A stretch of DNA of 64,000 nucleotides from Monocercomonoides exilis PA203 (taxonomy: Eukaryota; Protista; Preaxostyla), in NCBI GenBank assembly GCA_001643675.2, contig LSRY02000030.1, forward strand, positions 1,116,001 to 1,180,000, read 5' to 3'. The number at the start of each line of letters is the position of its first letter. Positions within the stretch are counted from its first letter, which is position 1. The notes under the pieces are model-generated. The model was not told the origin of the DNA, did no database searches, and was given only the letters and a program-made list of their open reading frames with translations. Below, piece after piece: positions 12,301 to 22,117 of this stretch. A program made the translations under genes and the position numbers.

Positions 12301-15300
12301 AAAGTGAATGGGAGCTCGTTTTCGATGTGCAAGTGCTCGAGTGAGACAGGTTGTGGAGGAGGGCTGTTTATTGATGGATCTGACCCACATGCGAATTATG
12401 GAAATGAGAGTCAGATTCCACCTCTGAATTTCAAGATTGTGAACATCCTGTTTGTGATGAATGAGGCACATGTGGGGAAAGACGTGTTTGTCAGATGCCA
12501 CTCGATTGAGCACCAGATCAACGAAACACTGTTTGCACTGAACTACAGCCAGGAGTCACTGAACTCGAACAACTCGATCTGTGGGAGGGATGCTTGGAGC
12601 GAGGGAGATGTTGATCTGATTCCGCTGATCACATTCTATTATTCGGCACAGGTGTTTGTGAGTGGGAGAGGGAGTGATGGGAGGGGATGTGGATCACAGA
12701 GCAACCCTTGTTCCAGCATCAACTGTGGGGTTGAGCACATTCAGGAAGGAGTAATGAATGGGATTCTGATTGATGGAGAAGGGTTTGTGAGGAAGGAGTG
12801 TGTGATTGGGGATCTGGTTGTGAACTCATTGAAAAAGACACAGGGGGTTGTTCGATTGAACTGCAAGATTGAGAAATCAGCAGAGAAGGATTGTGTGATG
12901 GAGTTTGTGAATGAATGTCCAGTGGAGAGGTGCTCATTCCAGTTTGAAGATGGATTTGAGTCAACTCACAATTATATCATGAAAGTGAAGAACGGGTCAA
13001 TGGAGATCCAAAAATGCGAGTTCTTCTCTTCTTCTGATGAACTGAAGTTGAACAGTTCTGTTGTGAGTGTGGAAAGTGGAGAGCTGAAGATATTTGATTC
13101 AACATTCAGGGATATTCATTCAACAAGATCAATTCTTTCATTATGTGAGGAATCGAATGTGACAATTGATGAGACAACAATTTTGAATATCGAATGTGAG
13201 GGAGATGTTGTGAGTGTTGGAGGGAAAGCGAGAGTGGAGATGAAAGAGATTGGAGTTGAGAATGTGACTCTGTTGTTGGAGGGGTGTGTGATTGGGATGG
13301 AAGAAGCTGAGCAAGAGGTGAGTGTGCTGAACAGCTCATTTGGAAAGTGTGAGAATTCGGCTGATAAGCGAAGGATGATGCAGATCAGGAATTCCAAGAA
13401 TGTGAGTATTGAGATATGTGTGTTTGATGGAGAGAAAGAAATTGAGTTTATCAATGAAGAAAACAATAGAAAAGAAGGATTATGCAAATGGAATGGGTCA
13501 TTGGTTGATGTTGAGAAGAGCAATGTGGAGATGAGGGAAACAACGATTATGAAGAGCAAGGCAGGTGGGTTGTGTGTGAGTGGAGGAAGTGTGAAGATTG
13601 AGAAGGGAGAGTTTGAGAACAACAACCCATCGATTGAGGGATATCCATCAGCTCGAAGGAATGTGATTTGTGAAGGGAATGGGGAGTTGAATGTTGTGAG
13701 TGTGAAAGGGGGAGATGGGTTGAAAGATAACTCATCATTGTGGATATTGGATGAGGGATGCGAATTGGGAGGGATAGCAACTGAAAGAGGATCATCATTT
13801 TTCATCCCTGTTTTGGAAGAGGTGAAGAACATAACACAGCCAAATGGGAATGTGGAGTTGATGATTCATGGAAAGCTGCTTCTGCCATGCGATTTGTTGG
13901 TGAAGATGAGCATGAAAAATGGAGATGAAGAGGAGATTGTGAGAAAGGGGATTGAAGAAGGAGGGTTTGTGTCAGAGAATGAGATTCACTCGGTTATTTC
14001 ATGTTCGGAATGGGAGAAAGTGAGAGAAGAGACAGAAGTGAGTGTGTGCGTTGCGTTTGGAAAAGCTGATTCACTTTCATCAACAGATTCGGTTATTGTG
14101 AAGAACAGGAGTGAAAGTGTTGGAAAAGGAGATGAAAAACTTGTTGAAGGAGAGAAAGAAAGAAAATCACATTTGTTGTTGATTGTTATTATCATGGCAG
14201 TTATTCTATTAATTGTTTTGATTGTTTCTGTGATATTTATTGTTCGATGGAAGAAGGTGAAGAATGAAGCAGAAGATTTGAGAGAGATAGTTAATGACAC
14301 AGTGAGGAAGGATCCGAAGGTATTTGAGATGGTGACGATGGAGATGTCTCCAGAAGAGCAGTGGAGAAGAGCAGAGAAGGAAGCAGAGAAGAAGAATGAA
14401 GAGAGAATGAAGAAGAGAATGAATGGAAAGGAGATGGTTCATTCAGAGTCATCTGAGCATCTTCTATCTGAGAGTGGATCAACTGAATACATACTGGGAA
14501 AAGACTCAGATAAGATCCCTCAATGGATGCTGGAGAAAGTGGATGAGAAAGAGGAAGAAGAAGAGACAAGAAAGCGAACTCCTTCACCATCTGTCTCATC
14601 AACTTCAACCACTGATTCAGATTCCACTTTTATCCGACCAGAGAGTCTGTGCCCAACCACCTCATCGATGTCGAATCTGGTGGATGCAATGGCCTGCTCA
14701 TCCCCTCATGAGAAGCTGATTGTGGATTTGAGAGATTCATTGTTCATGTTGCTTCATGGGATGAATAAGACAAAGGAGATGGCAATTGGCTCACTGAAGG
14801 AAAGAGAGCAGACAGCTGCACAGATCCTGTTCTGGGTGGCCAATCTGGCACTCCATTCATTTGACGAGATGGAAAATGGATTATCTTCTCTTTCCACTCT
14901 GAGTCCTCACATTGTGTTATTTTCGGAACACATGGTCATCTGCATTGTCATGCACTCCGACTTCTCTTCTGACGATGATTCAGACTCATCATCCTTCTCA
15001 TCATCAACAGTTGTAACTTCTGCCAGTGACAGTGATGATGATAGTGACTCCCTTCCCTCATCGGCATTTGAGGATGATGAATACAACAGGAAGGAGTGCC
15101 TAAGGTGGAAGGCGCCTGAGCTGCTGATCAACAAGAAGATGGGAGCAACGAAGGAGTCAGTTGTGTTCTCGATTGGGATGATGTTGTGGGAGTGTTTGAC
15201 TCTGGAAATCCCGTTTGGGGAGTATGAAGGAGAGGTGGCAGGGCAGAAGATTGTGAATGGGGAGAGGCCAGACATTGTAGCAATAAGTGGAAGCAGCTTT

Positions 15301-15495
15301 TCAGAGGTGTGGAAGCAGTGTGTTGGGATGGAGGCGTCAAACAGGCCTTCACTTGTCTGGCTGAAAAGAGAGTTTTTCAAACATTTTCCGAAAGATGCAG
15401 TCATCATGACCATGTCAGATGCCATTTACGATGAAGGAGATGATGAGCCTGAGAGTGCTGTTGAAGACGCCAGTGTGACATGGATTTCATATTGA
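6358..15495 (+). CDS. Giant single-pass receptor-like protein: signal peptide, Cys/Gly-rich beta-helix-like repeat modules, one TM helix (about 14173-14244), C-terminal kinase-like (TKL-type pseudokinase) C-lobe
   Basis: Uninterrupted 9.1-kb ORF with first ATG at 6358 and hydrophobic N-terminus. Recurrent GGAI/GGGM and CxFxxC motifs; five CG-x(4-6)-C-x-[TS][IV] motifs; TM LLLIVIIMAVILLIVLIVSVIFIV-RWKK; kinase motifs RWKAPELL, VFSIGMMLWE, IPF, RPD, RPSL. Confidence 0.9.
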   Translation: MLTKLWMFALYAFCHYMNLVTTKEDSKLIRENMKEEEMINVDKNMLQINKNPSNDDFINYEEDGGRLMEKMKRSEIDGKDFIKDEIKSKEEYGREIGILKKADICQFSEIEGCLECFNSSVMEMGLVLREKGTKRILIAKKGSIVSMKKCIIFVGQNSPPIELEGSFGSFVNISIQPNVEGLNIFPPLFTSEQIRSCISKSSIISLSESHFSSFCVSSAPFLSSPSISLISLYQLTFFNISTASSDCLSPTTSLNQTSTQTSCLMSSCSFSSVCDVYDGGIVPSLNNPLASLTASNTSFVGCCRTRNVKCEGTSEVPLKSDRQNETFNGANSFIWCEWNGSKTPGENGTITDGISSGGAIYMFNLAKGALFVSCCSFNNCYAHWDGGAIACSNISSVNIENNLFNSCTAQTWAGGGICLYSISACSQISKCVFFYCKGDSFGGGLRLDIFKGSASSCIGVENVEGESSCVFDCKFSFCSLKGTNGGGMFCRTAPDSFEMRNIQFIFCSALKEGGGLSFDPNNQSASNDTNFCYFLVFVECVCFDDPPYGHDVMFSDRYDHYMVSGNPFFECYTTNTDDQRVCYGFNFSNPERWTHDQTLKKDWLKCKTIYVSVNGNDSYELCGENETYSCLTVKKAFEMCEIQTSLTITPTEGNHTRDAETIEIGSKMIFVKGRGCEASVIGTKSLSSAGPLFSVSTGHLGMSRLKVDHNSNAEISQSVVVVSEMSGSLSLEDVVITTSNIGEYVISSSVFVVPLSQLSMVDVEIKNMNVSKSLFSEPVLSSSSSSSSALFLTATTSGDSVLANVKVKNVKVTKGDGVVVAKSVKEGETFVVQNVTVEDCECENGSGGGIKVELETDSSKLRVETSTTIKRCTSGKYGGGMMLHLADNSIDFSIVSVDFSGCSASLGGNYVFVNGSDSASWGITREKLDVQRDNSKYNELVGYDRSDTTMGLFPLNVYLDSYPDAAHVGKGKDGLGGYNSWFCGFDYYPCATITHAAQVRYPDTNKKIELDSGYELAEEVGMTDGNEWEISCATKGMEVGVKAPENFESSCLIEVLSKCSVRNIKFCIPSALSGASSSSLISSNSTLLTLTDCSVVCSSENSIGYCFVNVIGGKVKVEGLVIRETLRFGEHSLIEFGEGVESVVFCGCEVNNIEKRSGDGGWVSGVVGAEGDEGKNGIIVIESCVVKGCRCAGGRGGGMSVVVKGEGSVVLNGSCVIDGCEAKGSVESSDGRSEGRGGGMMIVMESRDGSMKMESGGEGLFVFGEDNKASYGKDVFVECGGGVLLESKVNGSSFSFFDSSAIPSDVLKLCGSEDEREGEVIPLFVYFQSYRTKLTVDGRGERALDHNHCGFEEFGCLTIDYCVGKRASINVNEIEVISESWIKNEMKVASFELSLSGKEEGMRVVVRDEGSINQNNLIECTKSFEMRHLSFMLNEEMNGKRSGFIHSSSSTITITSCSVLFGNDEMIGYNVICIEGGWLVVNGFVMEGGVRMSGKSPIVISNGAELEMNHSRMSGVEVVGGIGGGGGCLNVEMGVNGIVNIDGCNLSSVCSGGSGMKGGGMKISVGKGGRLEMKGVKYSLCEVPREDVGDGGRGMGGGMFVKLADEMGTFVMEGMAFEGCDGWKGKNVFVSGWDLREIVNKEHLKWEIKEEELGSLDELCGWERKSTGEEGYVIPLVVYLWRNWSGDGYVSREKGGDFSGCGYSEAPCSSIDHLISLRYPTLDEGESHISIVGSGLLSHSISFSSSFSSSSSSISESPKVVIEGTKKGTSVTISDEEENVSKDSMISSNVSLSFVNVSFTKPATATHHEVLIESSGANTLLSVSDCSFGPGRGVAESFGYCVMRVDGGSVVIEKCSLSLISELKGLIAFSLSAADVTVQNVNISFADLTERSLISMMEEENQMNGEKKVFSNGNKPVLRVVGCSFANITNEGIRASVVDVGSFESGVECVVDECSMSSCKSGLSREGGGMKVVLKSGESVLKVNGSSFSMCKCSSETGCGGGLFIDGSDPHANYGNESQIPPLNFKIVNILFVMNEAHVGKDVFVRCHSIEHQINETLFALNYSQESLNSNNSICGRDAWSEGDVDLIPLITFYYSAQVFVSGRGSDGRGCGSQSNPCSSINCGVEHIQEGVMNGILIDGEGFVRKECVIGDLVVNSLKKTQGVVRLNCKIEKSAEKDCVMEFVNECPVERCSFQFEDGFESTHNYIMKVKNGSMEIQKCEFFSSSDELKLNSSVVSVESGELKIFDSTFRDIHSTRSILSLCEESNVTIDETTILNIECEGDVVSVGGKARVEMKEIGVENVTLLLEGCVIGMEEAEQEVSVLNSSFGKCENSADKRRMMQIRNSKNVSIEICVFDGEKEIEFINEENNRKEGLCKWNGSLVDVEKSNVEMRETTIMKSKAGGLCVSGGSVKIEKGEFENNNPSIEGYPSARRNVICEGNGELNVVSVKGGDGLKDNSSLWILDEGCELGGIATERGSSFFIPVLEEVKNITQPNGNVELMIHGKLLLPCDLLVKMSMKNGDEEEIVRKGIEEGGFVSENEIHSVISCSEWEKVREETEVSVCVAFGKADSLSSTDSVIVKNRSESVGKGDEKLVEGEKERKSHLLLIVIIMAVILLIVLIVSVIFIVRWKKVKNEAEDLREIVNDTVRKDPKVFEMVTMEMSPEEQWRRAEKEAEKKNEERMKKRMNGKEMVHSESSEHLLSESGSTEYILGKDSDKIPQWMLEKVDEKEEEEETRKRTPSPSVSSTSTTDSDSTFIRPESLCPTTSSMSNLVDAMACSSPHEKLIVDLRDSLFMLLHGMNKTKEMAIGSLKEREQTAAQILFWVANLALHSFDEMENGLSSLSTLSPHIVLFSEHMVICIVMHSDFSSDDDSDSSSFSSSTVVTSASDSDDDSDSLPSSAFEDDEYNRKECLRWKAPELLINKKMGATKESVVFSIGMMLWECLTLEIPFGEYEGEVAGQKIVNGERPDIVAISGSSFSEVWKQCVGMEASNRPSLVWLKREFFKHFPKDAVIMTMSDAIYDEGDDEPESAVEDASVTWISY

Positions 15496-15775
15496 TGTTA
15501 AGATGGGTCAACTTTTTTCAAATTCAAAAGCACAGGGTTAAAAAAGAGATGAATTGAGCAAACACAAATCCAATAATTCAAATCGAAAATCCAAAAACAT
15601 CTGAAATCAAAACAACAGGATTTTGAAAGGGAGAGAATTTGACAGCTTCGTTCAGAGATTATGAATTTGTTTTTAATATTATTCACAAACAGTATTTTGG
15701 ATTTATTGTTGTTGGGGTTGAATAGCCTCAACAAGAAGAGTTTGTTTTCGTTTGTATTGAAAGTTTTCTTTTGAT
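15496..15775 (+). repeat. 3' flank shared with the inverted paralog at about 53520-53800
   Basis: Near-identical reverse-complement sequence (e.g. aattgagcaaacacaaatccaataattcaaat, aacaggattttgaaagggagagaattt). Confidence 0.85.
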
Positions 15776-16664
15776 GAAATTTGAAGCCATTTTTGTTGGT
15801 TGTGAATTTCTTGATTATTATGAAATTGAGGAAAGTTGTTTGTTGGAGATGTGATAAGAGAGATATGAATGACAATCTTTCTTGTGGTATTTGGATAGTC
15901 TTTTTCTTTTTGGGTAAAGTCAGTCAATAGAAAATTTTTCATTTTTTCCTTTCTTATTTTGAATATCTTTTATTTTTTGTAACTGATTAGCGTTGGAGAA
16001 ATTCTCCTCTTTTGAACTGATTTCATGATGAAAATCTGAGTTCTTAAAGTGATTGAATTCGAAGGAGGTGAAAGCTGTTGCTTTGTTGTGTAAAAGAGAA
16101 TTTTGTAATTTTTTGTGTGTGTATGATGCTTTGAATCACTCTCACGTTTTGGAAAAATCTTTTTATTGTTTATTCCCTTTTTTATTGAAATTTTATGTTT
16201 TTGAAAATGTTTGTGATTTTGAAAAAGAGTTTTCAGTTTGTTGAAATTTGTTTTTCGTTCGATAGATACTCAGTTTATCTCAATTTGTAATTCAATTGAA
16301 AGATTTTGAGTTTTTTTATCAAATCAACACCTTTTGAATTTCCTTTTATTTTCACAATTTTCGAATCATTTGTTGTTATTCATTTCTTTTTTATTTTAAT
16401 TTAGAAATGAGCATTCTCATTTTATTGGTTTGGGGCTGTGAAATGTGTTCTTATTTTGAAAGAGAATTAGATTTTTTATTGATATTATCTGTTATCTTCT
16501 CATTTGGAGAATCATTCTTCTTATTTGAATATTTTTGTTTTGAAAATAACACTAATTTTCATTCAAAATAGCAAATCAGACAAACAAAATCATCATGCTG
16601 TTCAATGAAAAAAATGCTTAGTCGAAACAAGATTCAATCACGATGTAAATAGACACATTTATAA

Positions 16665-16716
16665 TAGTCACAAAAAGCTATCCAAAAGCAAATGTGATTA
16701 TTTCCGGTTTTGACTG
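16665..16716 (+). mobile_element. Degenerate right end of the same MITE family as 28496-28945
   Basis: tagtcacaaaaagc...atgtgattatttccggttttgactg-TA aligns with tagtcacaaaaagt...atgtgattatatccggtttagactg-TA at 28895-28947. Confidence 0.7.
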
Positions 16717-16748
16717 TATTTCTTATTTTCACAGCAGATATAGTGTGA

Positions 16749-17739
16749 TTTTTTTATCCGGACATATTTTTCATCCTGACATTTTTTTTCATTTGCGTGT
16801 CTCATTAAATAAAAACAAAAAATAGAAAAATCATATTATACCAGGTTTGCAAACCAATTTAATGTTCATACAAAAAATATTTTTTTTGTCAATTTTTGTT
16901 TTTGATGAAGATCTTGGGAATTTTAAATATATTTTTGATCATTTTGTTTGCTCGTTTTAACCGACTCTCTTTTTCTGTCAGTTTTTAGCTACTGGGCCAT
17001 AAACCATACAATATGAAGTTTTATTATTCCAATTATTTTATGTTTTTTCTTATTTTTTCACGAGTTTTTCGCATTTCATTGTTTTTGAAGATAATTACAA
17101 AAATCTGAAAATAATGAGTCGAATTTTATTAATTCTTTCAATGAAAATACCAAAATATTATGAAAATAATATTAAAATACATTGCAAATCGAAATTATTT
17201 GTCAAATTTTATTAAATCAAGAACAAAACGAGCAATTTTGTCATAATGATAAATCTATTTGTAATGTTAAAACAGCAATATTTAATAAAAATTTCACGTG
17301 GTGTATATATACTGCAAGTGGTTATCATTTCATGTACCTCACTAAAAACATTTAATAAATATTGTGAAGCTCATTATTTTCAGATTTTTGAAGTTATCTT
17401 CAAAAACAATGAAATGCGAAAAACTCGTGAAAAAATAAGAAAAAACATAAAATAATTGGAATAATAAAACTTCATATTGTATGGTTTATGGCCCAGTAGC
17501 TAAAAACTGACAGAAAAAGAGAGTCGGTTAAAACGAGCAAACAAAATGATCAAAAATATATTTAAAATTCCCAAGATCTTCATCAAAAACAAAAATTGAC
17601 AAAAAAAATTTTTTTTGTATGAACATTAAATTGGTTTGCAAACCTGGTATAATATGATTTTTCTATTTTTTGTTTTTATTTAATGAGACACGCAAATGAA
17701 AAAAAATGTCAGGATGAAAAATATGTATGGATAAAAAAA
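16749..17739. mobile_element. Foldback-type element / long inverted repeat: 370-bp arms (16749-17118, 17370-17739) with a 251-bp spacer
   Basis: The arms are reverse complements with only a few mismatches (e.g. gctactgggccataaaccataca / tgtatggtttatggcccagtagc). Non-coding; no obvious TSD. Confidence 0.85.
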
Positions 17740-18443
17740 CTGAACAGTTTGCATAATTATTTTTTTTGAAAAACATTCAGTATTTCATAGTTGTGAGCAA
17801 AAGTTTCTTTATTTCTGCGGAACTCTTTTTTTATTGGAACTATATCTGAAGTGACAAGAAAAATAACAGAAGTGACAATCAATTAATTTGCATTCTTTTT
17901 AAACGTTTTCAACATTTTAATGATTGCAATAAAGATACTTCAAATAGTTATGTGAAATATACCAACACTTGTGCTAAAACAAGCTTCCTTGAGATTATCT
18001 TTTGAAATACCCTTTAATATTGATATGTGTGAAAGCTTTTTGCATTTGAATACCACCTGAAACTTTTATTTGTTCAATATTTTCAGTTGTGATTGAAAAA
18101 TTTCGAATCTCAAAAGGATCTTTTAATTTTTTATTTTCCTAAAAAAATTCTGTTTTTCCACGGAATGATTTCCGCACTTTGATATTTTAAACTAATAAAT
18201 TTGAAATAATGACAATCACTTATATCATAAAATTAAGTGAATTCTGATGTTCCGGTTAAGGAACCATTTGCCCATATTTGATAACACAAAATGAACTGAG
18301 GCTTTCAATTTTTGATATCATATACCATTCAATTCGCTTTTATATATCTTGTCAAAAACTTCTCAGAGAGTATTTTTCGAAATATTTTTCTAATTCATAA
18401 CACTTCTCAAAATTTAATAAAAAAACTAACATTTGGGCAAAAT

Positions 18444-21400
18444 CTAGGTAGATTGCAGTTGTGCCTTTAGAATGTATCCAGGTACGCGCTGTGAAGTGTT
18501 TGAAAAATGAGAAGCTGACTTGAAACTTTTACATGTTCTCTGATGAGGTGTTCGATTATCTCCTTGATGCAAAGGCGAATAAGGAGGACTTGAAGAAGTG
18601 ACTGGTTTGCGAGAAATACGCACCGAATTGCGAGGAAGTTTGTTGGAAGAGAAAGGAGAAGAATGAAATGATGAAGATTTCTGTTGAGAACGTTGCTTTT
18701 GAGAAGAATTTGAAAGCTTGTGCTGAGACTGGGGTGAGGGGAACAGATGAGGATATTGTTGCTGAAGACGAGTCAGTGGCAGCTGAGGTGGATATCCAAC
18801 AGTCAGAGGATCAGGAATTGTGACATGGCGTGAAGAAGGAGAAGGAGAAGGAGAAGAAGGAAGTGAAAGCTTTGAAGGGAGTTGACTTTGCTGTGATGAG
18901 GAAACAACAGGTGTTTCAGTTGGGTTCAAAGAAGACATCTGTGAAGAAGGAGAAGGAGAAGGAGAAGGAGAAAGCGAATGTGTGGGCGGAGGAAGAAGTT
19001 GAGAAGGAGTGCTTGAGAGTGCATTGGAAGCAGAAGCAGCTGTTTGAAATGGAGCTGAGCCGACTTGCTGAGGAAGAAACTGTGAGGGAGTGGAAAGTGT
19101 CTCACAGTTGACAGGAGAGATGAAAGAAGGATCTGACACCGCAGATGAAGTGAGCGAGAGAGAGAAATCAGACGGTGTTGCTTGCAAGTTCTGAGAACGA
19201 TACGGTGTTGACTGCATCGGATGATAAAGTGGCGTGCTTTGCGACTGGACTGAATGAAAATCGGATGTTTGCGAGATTCGCTCAGCAGCTTGTTGGAAAT
19301 GTGATGACGGTGTTGATGGGATCAATGAAGAAGAAACAGAAGATGCGGATGGTGGTGGAGGTGGAGGTGTTGGTAGTGAAGATGATGAAAGAGATGGAAG
19401 CGAAGAAGAAGAAGAAGAAGATGATGATGATGATGTAACAGACGTACTGATTGATGGTAATGATGAAGAAGGCGATGAAAGAAGTTCAACAGAAGTTTGC
19501 TGAACTTTGGCTGGAGAATAAGATTGATTGTGAAGTGATGAAGTGTTGTGCTTTCGCTGATGAGTGTCAGATGTGTGTGGAGTGTCTGAAATGGAAGACT
19601 GCTTCTGAATCAAAGCGGCAGCTGAAGAAGATGACGAAGACGAAGACGAAGATGAAACAGACAAAGACTGCAAAGATGAAACAACAGAATTCGCATCTTC
19701 TTTACTCTTTCGTTCTGCTGCGGTTGCATCCTTTGTATTCGCCTTTTCCGTTTGCGTTTTTGCACTTTTCGTTGCCTTTTTTGTTCTTCTTCGTTTTCCG
19801 GGCTCTGATGCTTGCTTCTTCTCTTTCCTCTTTTTCTCTTTCTTTAATTCTCTGTTCTTCACTGCCTTCCCACTATCATTGCATTCCTTTGTCGTTTTTC
19901 CTCCTTCTGATCCAACAGAAGCAGACGACGACAAAGAAACAGACAAGTCAGGCAAAGATGCTGCATCGCTCTCGCTTTCTTCAGATTTAATGGACAGATT
20001 TGACGATGAAACCTTCAGAAGTGATGGCGAGGAAGATGGAGAGGAGGAGGAAGAAGAAGATGTTGATGCAGATAAAGAAGAAGATGATCCAGCTGAACTA
20101 CAATCTGATGAATGCTCATGTGAATGTGACGTCAAAGTGCTTGAGGAATCATCGTCTGTTGCATCTTCTTTCAGTAGTGCCAGCTCTGATAGAGATGTCG
20201 ATGATGAAAGCGAGAAAAATGTTGTTTCCTCTTCATTTTTGTCCTCTCTTGAAGCTCCTCTTTCATTTTGTGTCCTTTTGCTGTTGTGCGACACAAAATC
20301 TGCCTTTCTTTCTGGATGGCGATGGCGAATTCTGTGGCTATTTTTGCGGTGATGATGAATATGACGATGTCTGTGTTGATTCTTCTCATCTCGCAAAGTC
20401 AAAGATTTCCCTTCCTGTTTGTAGTTTTTGCCTTCTTCGATAACAAGTTGATCCTTCATGCTCCTTTTAGATTTTGATAGATCGTCTTCTGTTTTGTATT
20501 CTGCCATTTCTTTGATGGAAGTTGCTTTTGTTGGAGATGCGCTCACTTTCAGTCTTCGCTCATCTGCCTCAGAGATCAGCGGATTCCGCTTCGATTTTTT
20601 TCCTTTGCCTTCAGAAAACTCATTCTTTTGTGAAATGTCAAGTTTTGTGCTTTGGTCTGCTGTTTGCACTGAATGTGGGCTTTCTTGGTTGATCTGATGC
20701 AACACGGCTGGTGGTGACTGATGAGAATCAGAAGTTGGCTGAATGTGATTTTGAGTGTTTGACTGTTGTGCCAATGACAAGCGGTGTTGAAGTAATTGTA
20801 TCTCCTAATTCATCAAACAGCAAATAATCAACAAAAAAGCAATCATTCAGCAAGTTTATGTTAACAATAAAAAAATGAAAAGAAAAAGAAAAGAAAAGAA
20901 AAAAAAGATTTATTATCCTCTCCATCAATTCCACACTTTTTCTTTTTCTTTCAGCTTCTGTTGGAGATTAGCAACATGCTCATTGGCCAAACTGAAAATA
21001 CTATCGTGGCTTGCTTTCAGATCATTTGCATCTCTGATTAGAATCTCTTTTTCTTCAATCAACTCCTTAGTCCGTTTTGTTGAAGCTTCGAACTTTATCA
21101 ACAATTGCTCGTACTTGGCTTTTTCATTCTCTTCCAATTCCCTTTCGCGCTTCATTGCCTCTTCAACAAGTTTCTTTTTCTTTTCTTTGTATTCTTCTTC
21201 CTTTTTGTGCAATGTCAGTTCAAAAATCCGAGTCTTTTCTTGTTCTTTGGAAATGTAATCAGCTTCATTTCTTTTCAATTGTTCGATTAAATGTTTGTTT
21301 TCATTCTCTTTCTTATCAACTTCCTGTTCTAGTGAGCGAACCTTTAATGTTTCATCATTTAGTTGCTGGTGGAGAAGATTTAATTGTTGAAAATTCTTAT

Positions 21401-21981
21401 TCATCATTGTTTCAATCTGAACTTTTTGCTCTTCTTTCAAATCTTCGATTTCTGCTTGGTGACGAACAAGAATTTGCTCTTGTTTTAACTCCATTTCCTT
21501 TGCTCTTTGATCAAACTTGAATTGCGCAAGTTTCAATTCCTCTTTGTGATGAATAATTTGTTTTTCCAATTCTGCAACAGTAACATTCGCAGCTCTATTA
21601 ATAACTTCTTCCTTTTCTTTCTTGTATTGTTCAATCTGCATTTCATAATCACTTATTTTTCTATTTGCTTCCTTAAAGTTGTATTTGAAGAAAATTTTAA
21701 AAAATGAAATTCAAGAAGTTTAAAAATTTTTGAGGTAATACTTCTAAATCCTGGCGCTGTTTATGTATTGTTATTTCAGCATCTTCCATTGACGCTTCCA
21801 AATTTTTTATTTTTTCCTTGTATTCCAATAAAGTTTGTTTAAAATTATCTTCAATTGTTAAAGGTAAATTCACTGGATTTTGTGGGCCTAATGAATTTTC
21901 TGATTTATTTAAATCATATTGAGCAATTTGTTGTTTCAAAGATTTCAGCCAATCATCGGCTAAAAAATCTTCAGTTATCAT
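18444..21981 (-). CDS. Coiled-coil protein with a long Ser/Pro-rich low-complexity C-terminus; 3 exons (introns 21672-21741 and 20805-20936)
   Basis: Three minus-strand ORFs join in frame through GTATTA...AAG and GTGTGG...TAG introns (QDLE|EANRK; KEKEK|EIQLLQHRLSL). The N-terminal third is E/K/Q-rich with heptad character. Confidence 0.8.
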
Positions 21982-22117
21982 GAATTCAAATAACGTGCAA
22001 GATCAAAATATAAAAATATCTCAATCTCAATTCTAAATATGAAAAATAGGTCAGAATTCGAATAAATATTTTAATAAATTATCCAAATTTGATTGTGGTT
22101 CTTTAATCGTGCAGATT

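Noticed and set aside
9318-15425. Many antisense ORFs of 100-290 aa opposite the giant receptor (also 53871-57236)
   Set aside because: Shadow ORFs produced by the G/A-rich codon bias; low-complexity P/S/T/H translations with no motifs.
15498-15875. Short ORFs similar between 15498-15875 and 53540-53758
   Set aside because: The similarity is explained by the duplicated 3' flank of the receptor genes, and the reading-frame boundaries differ.
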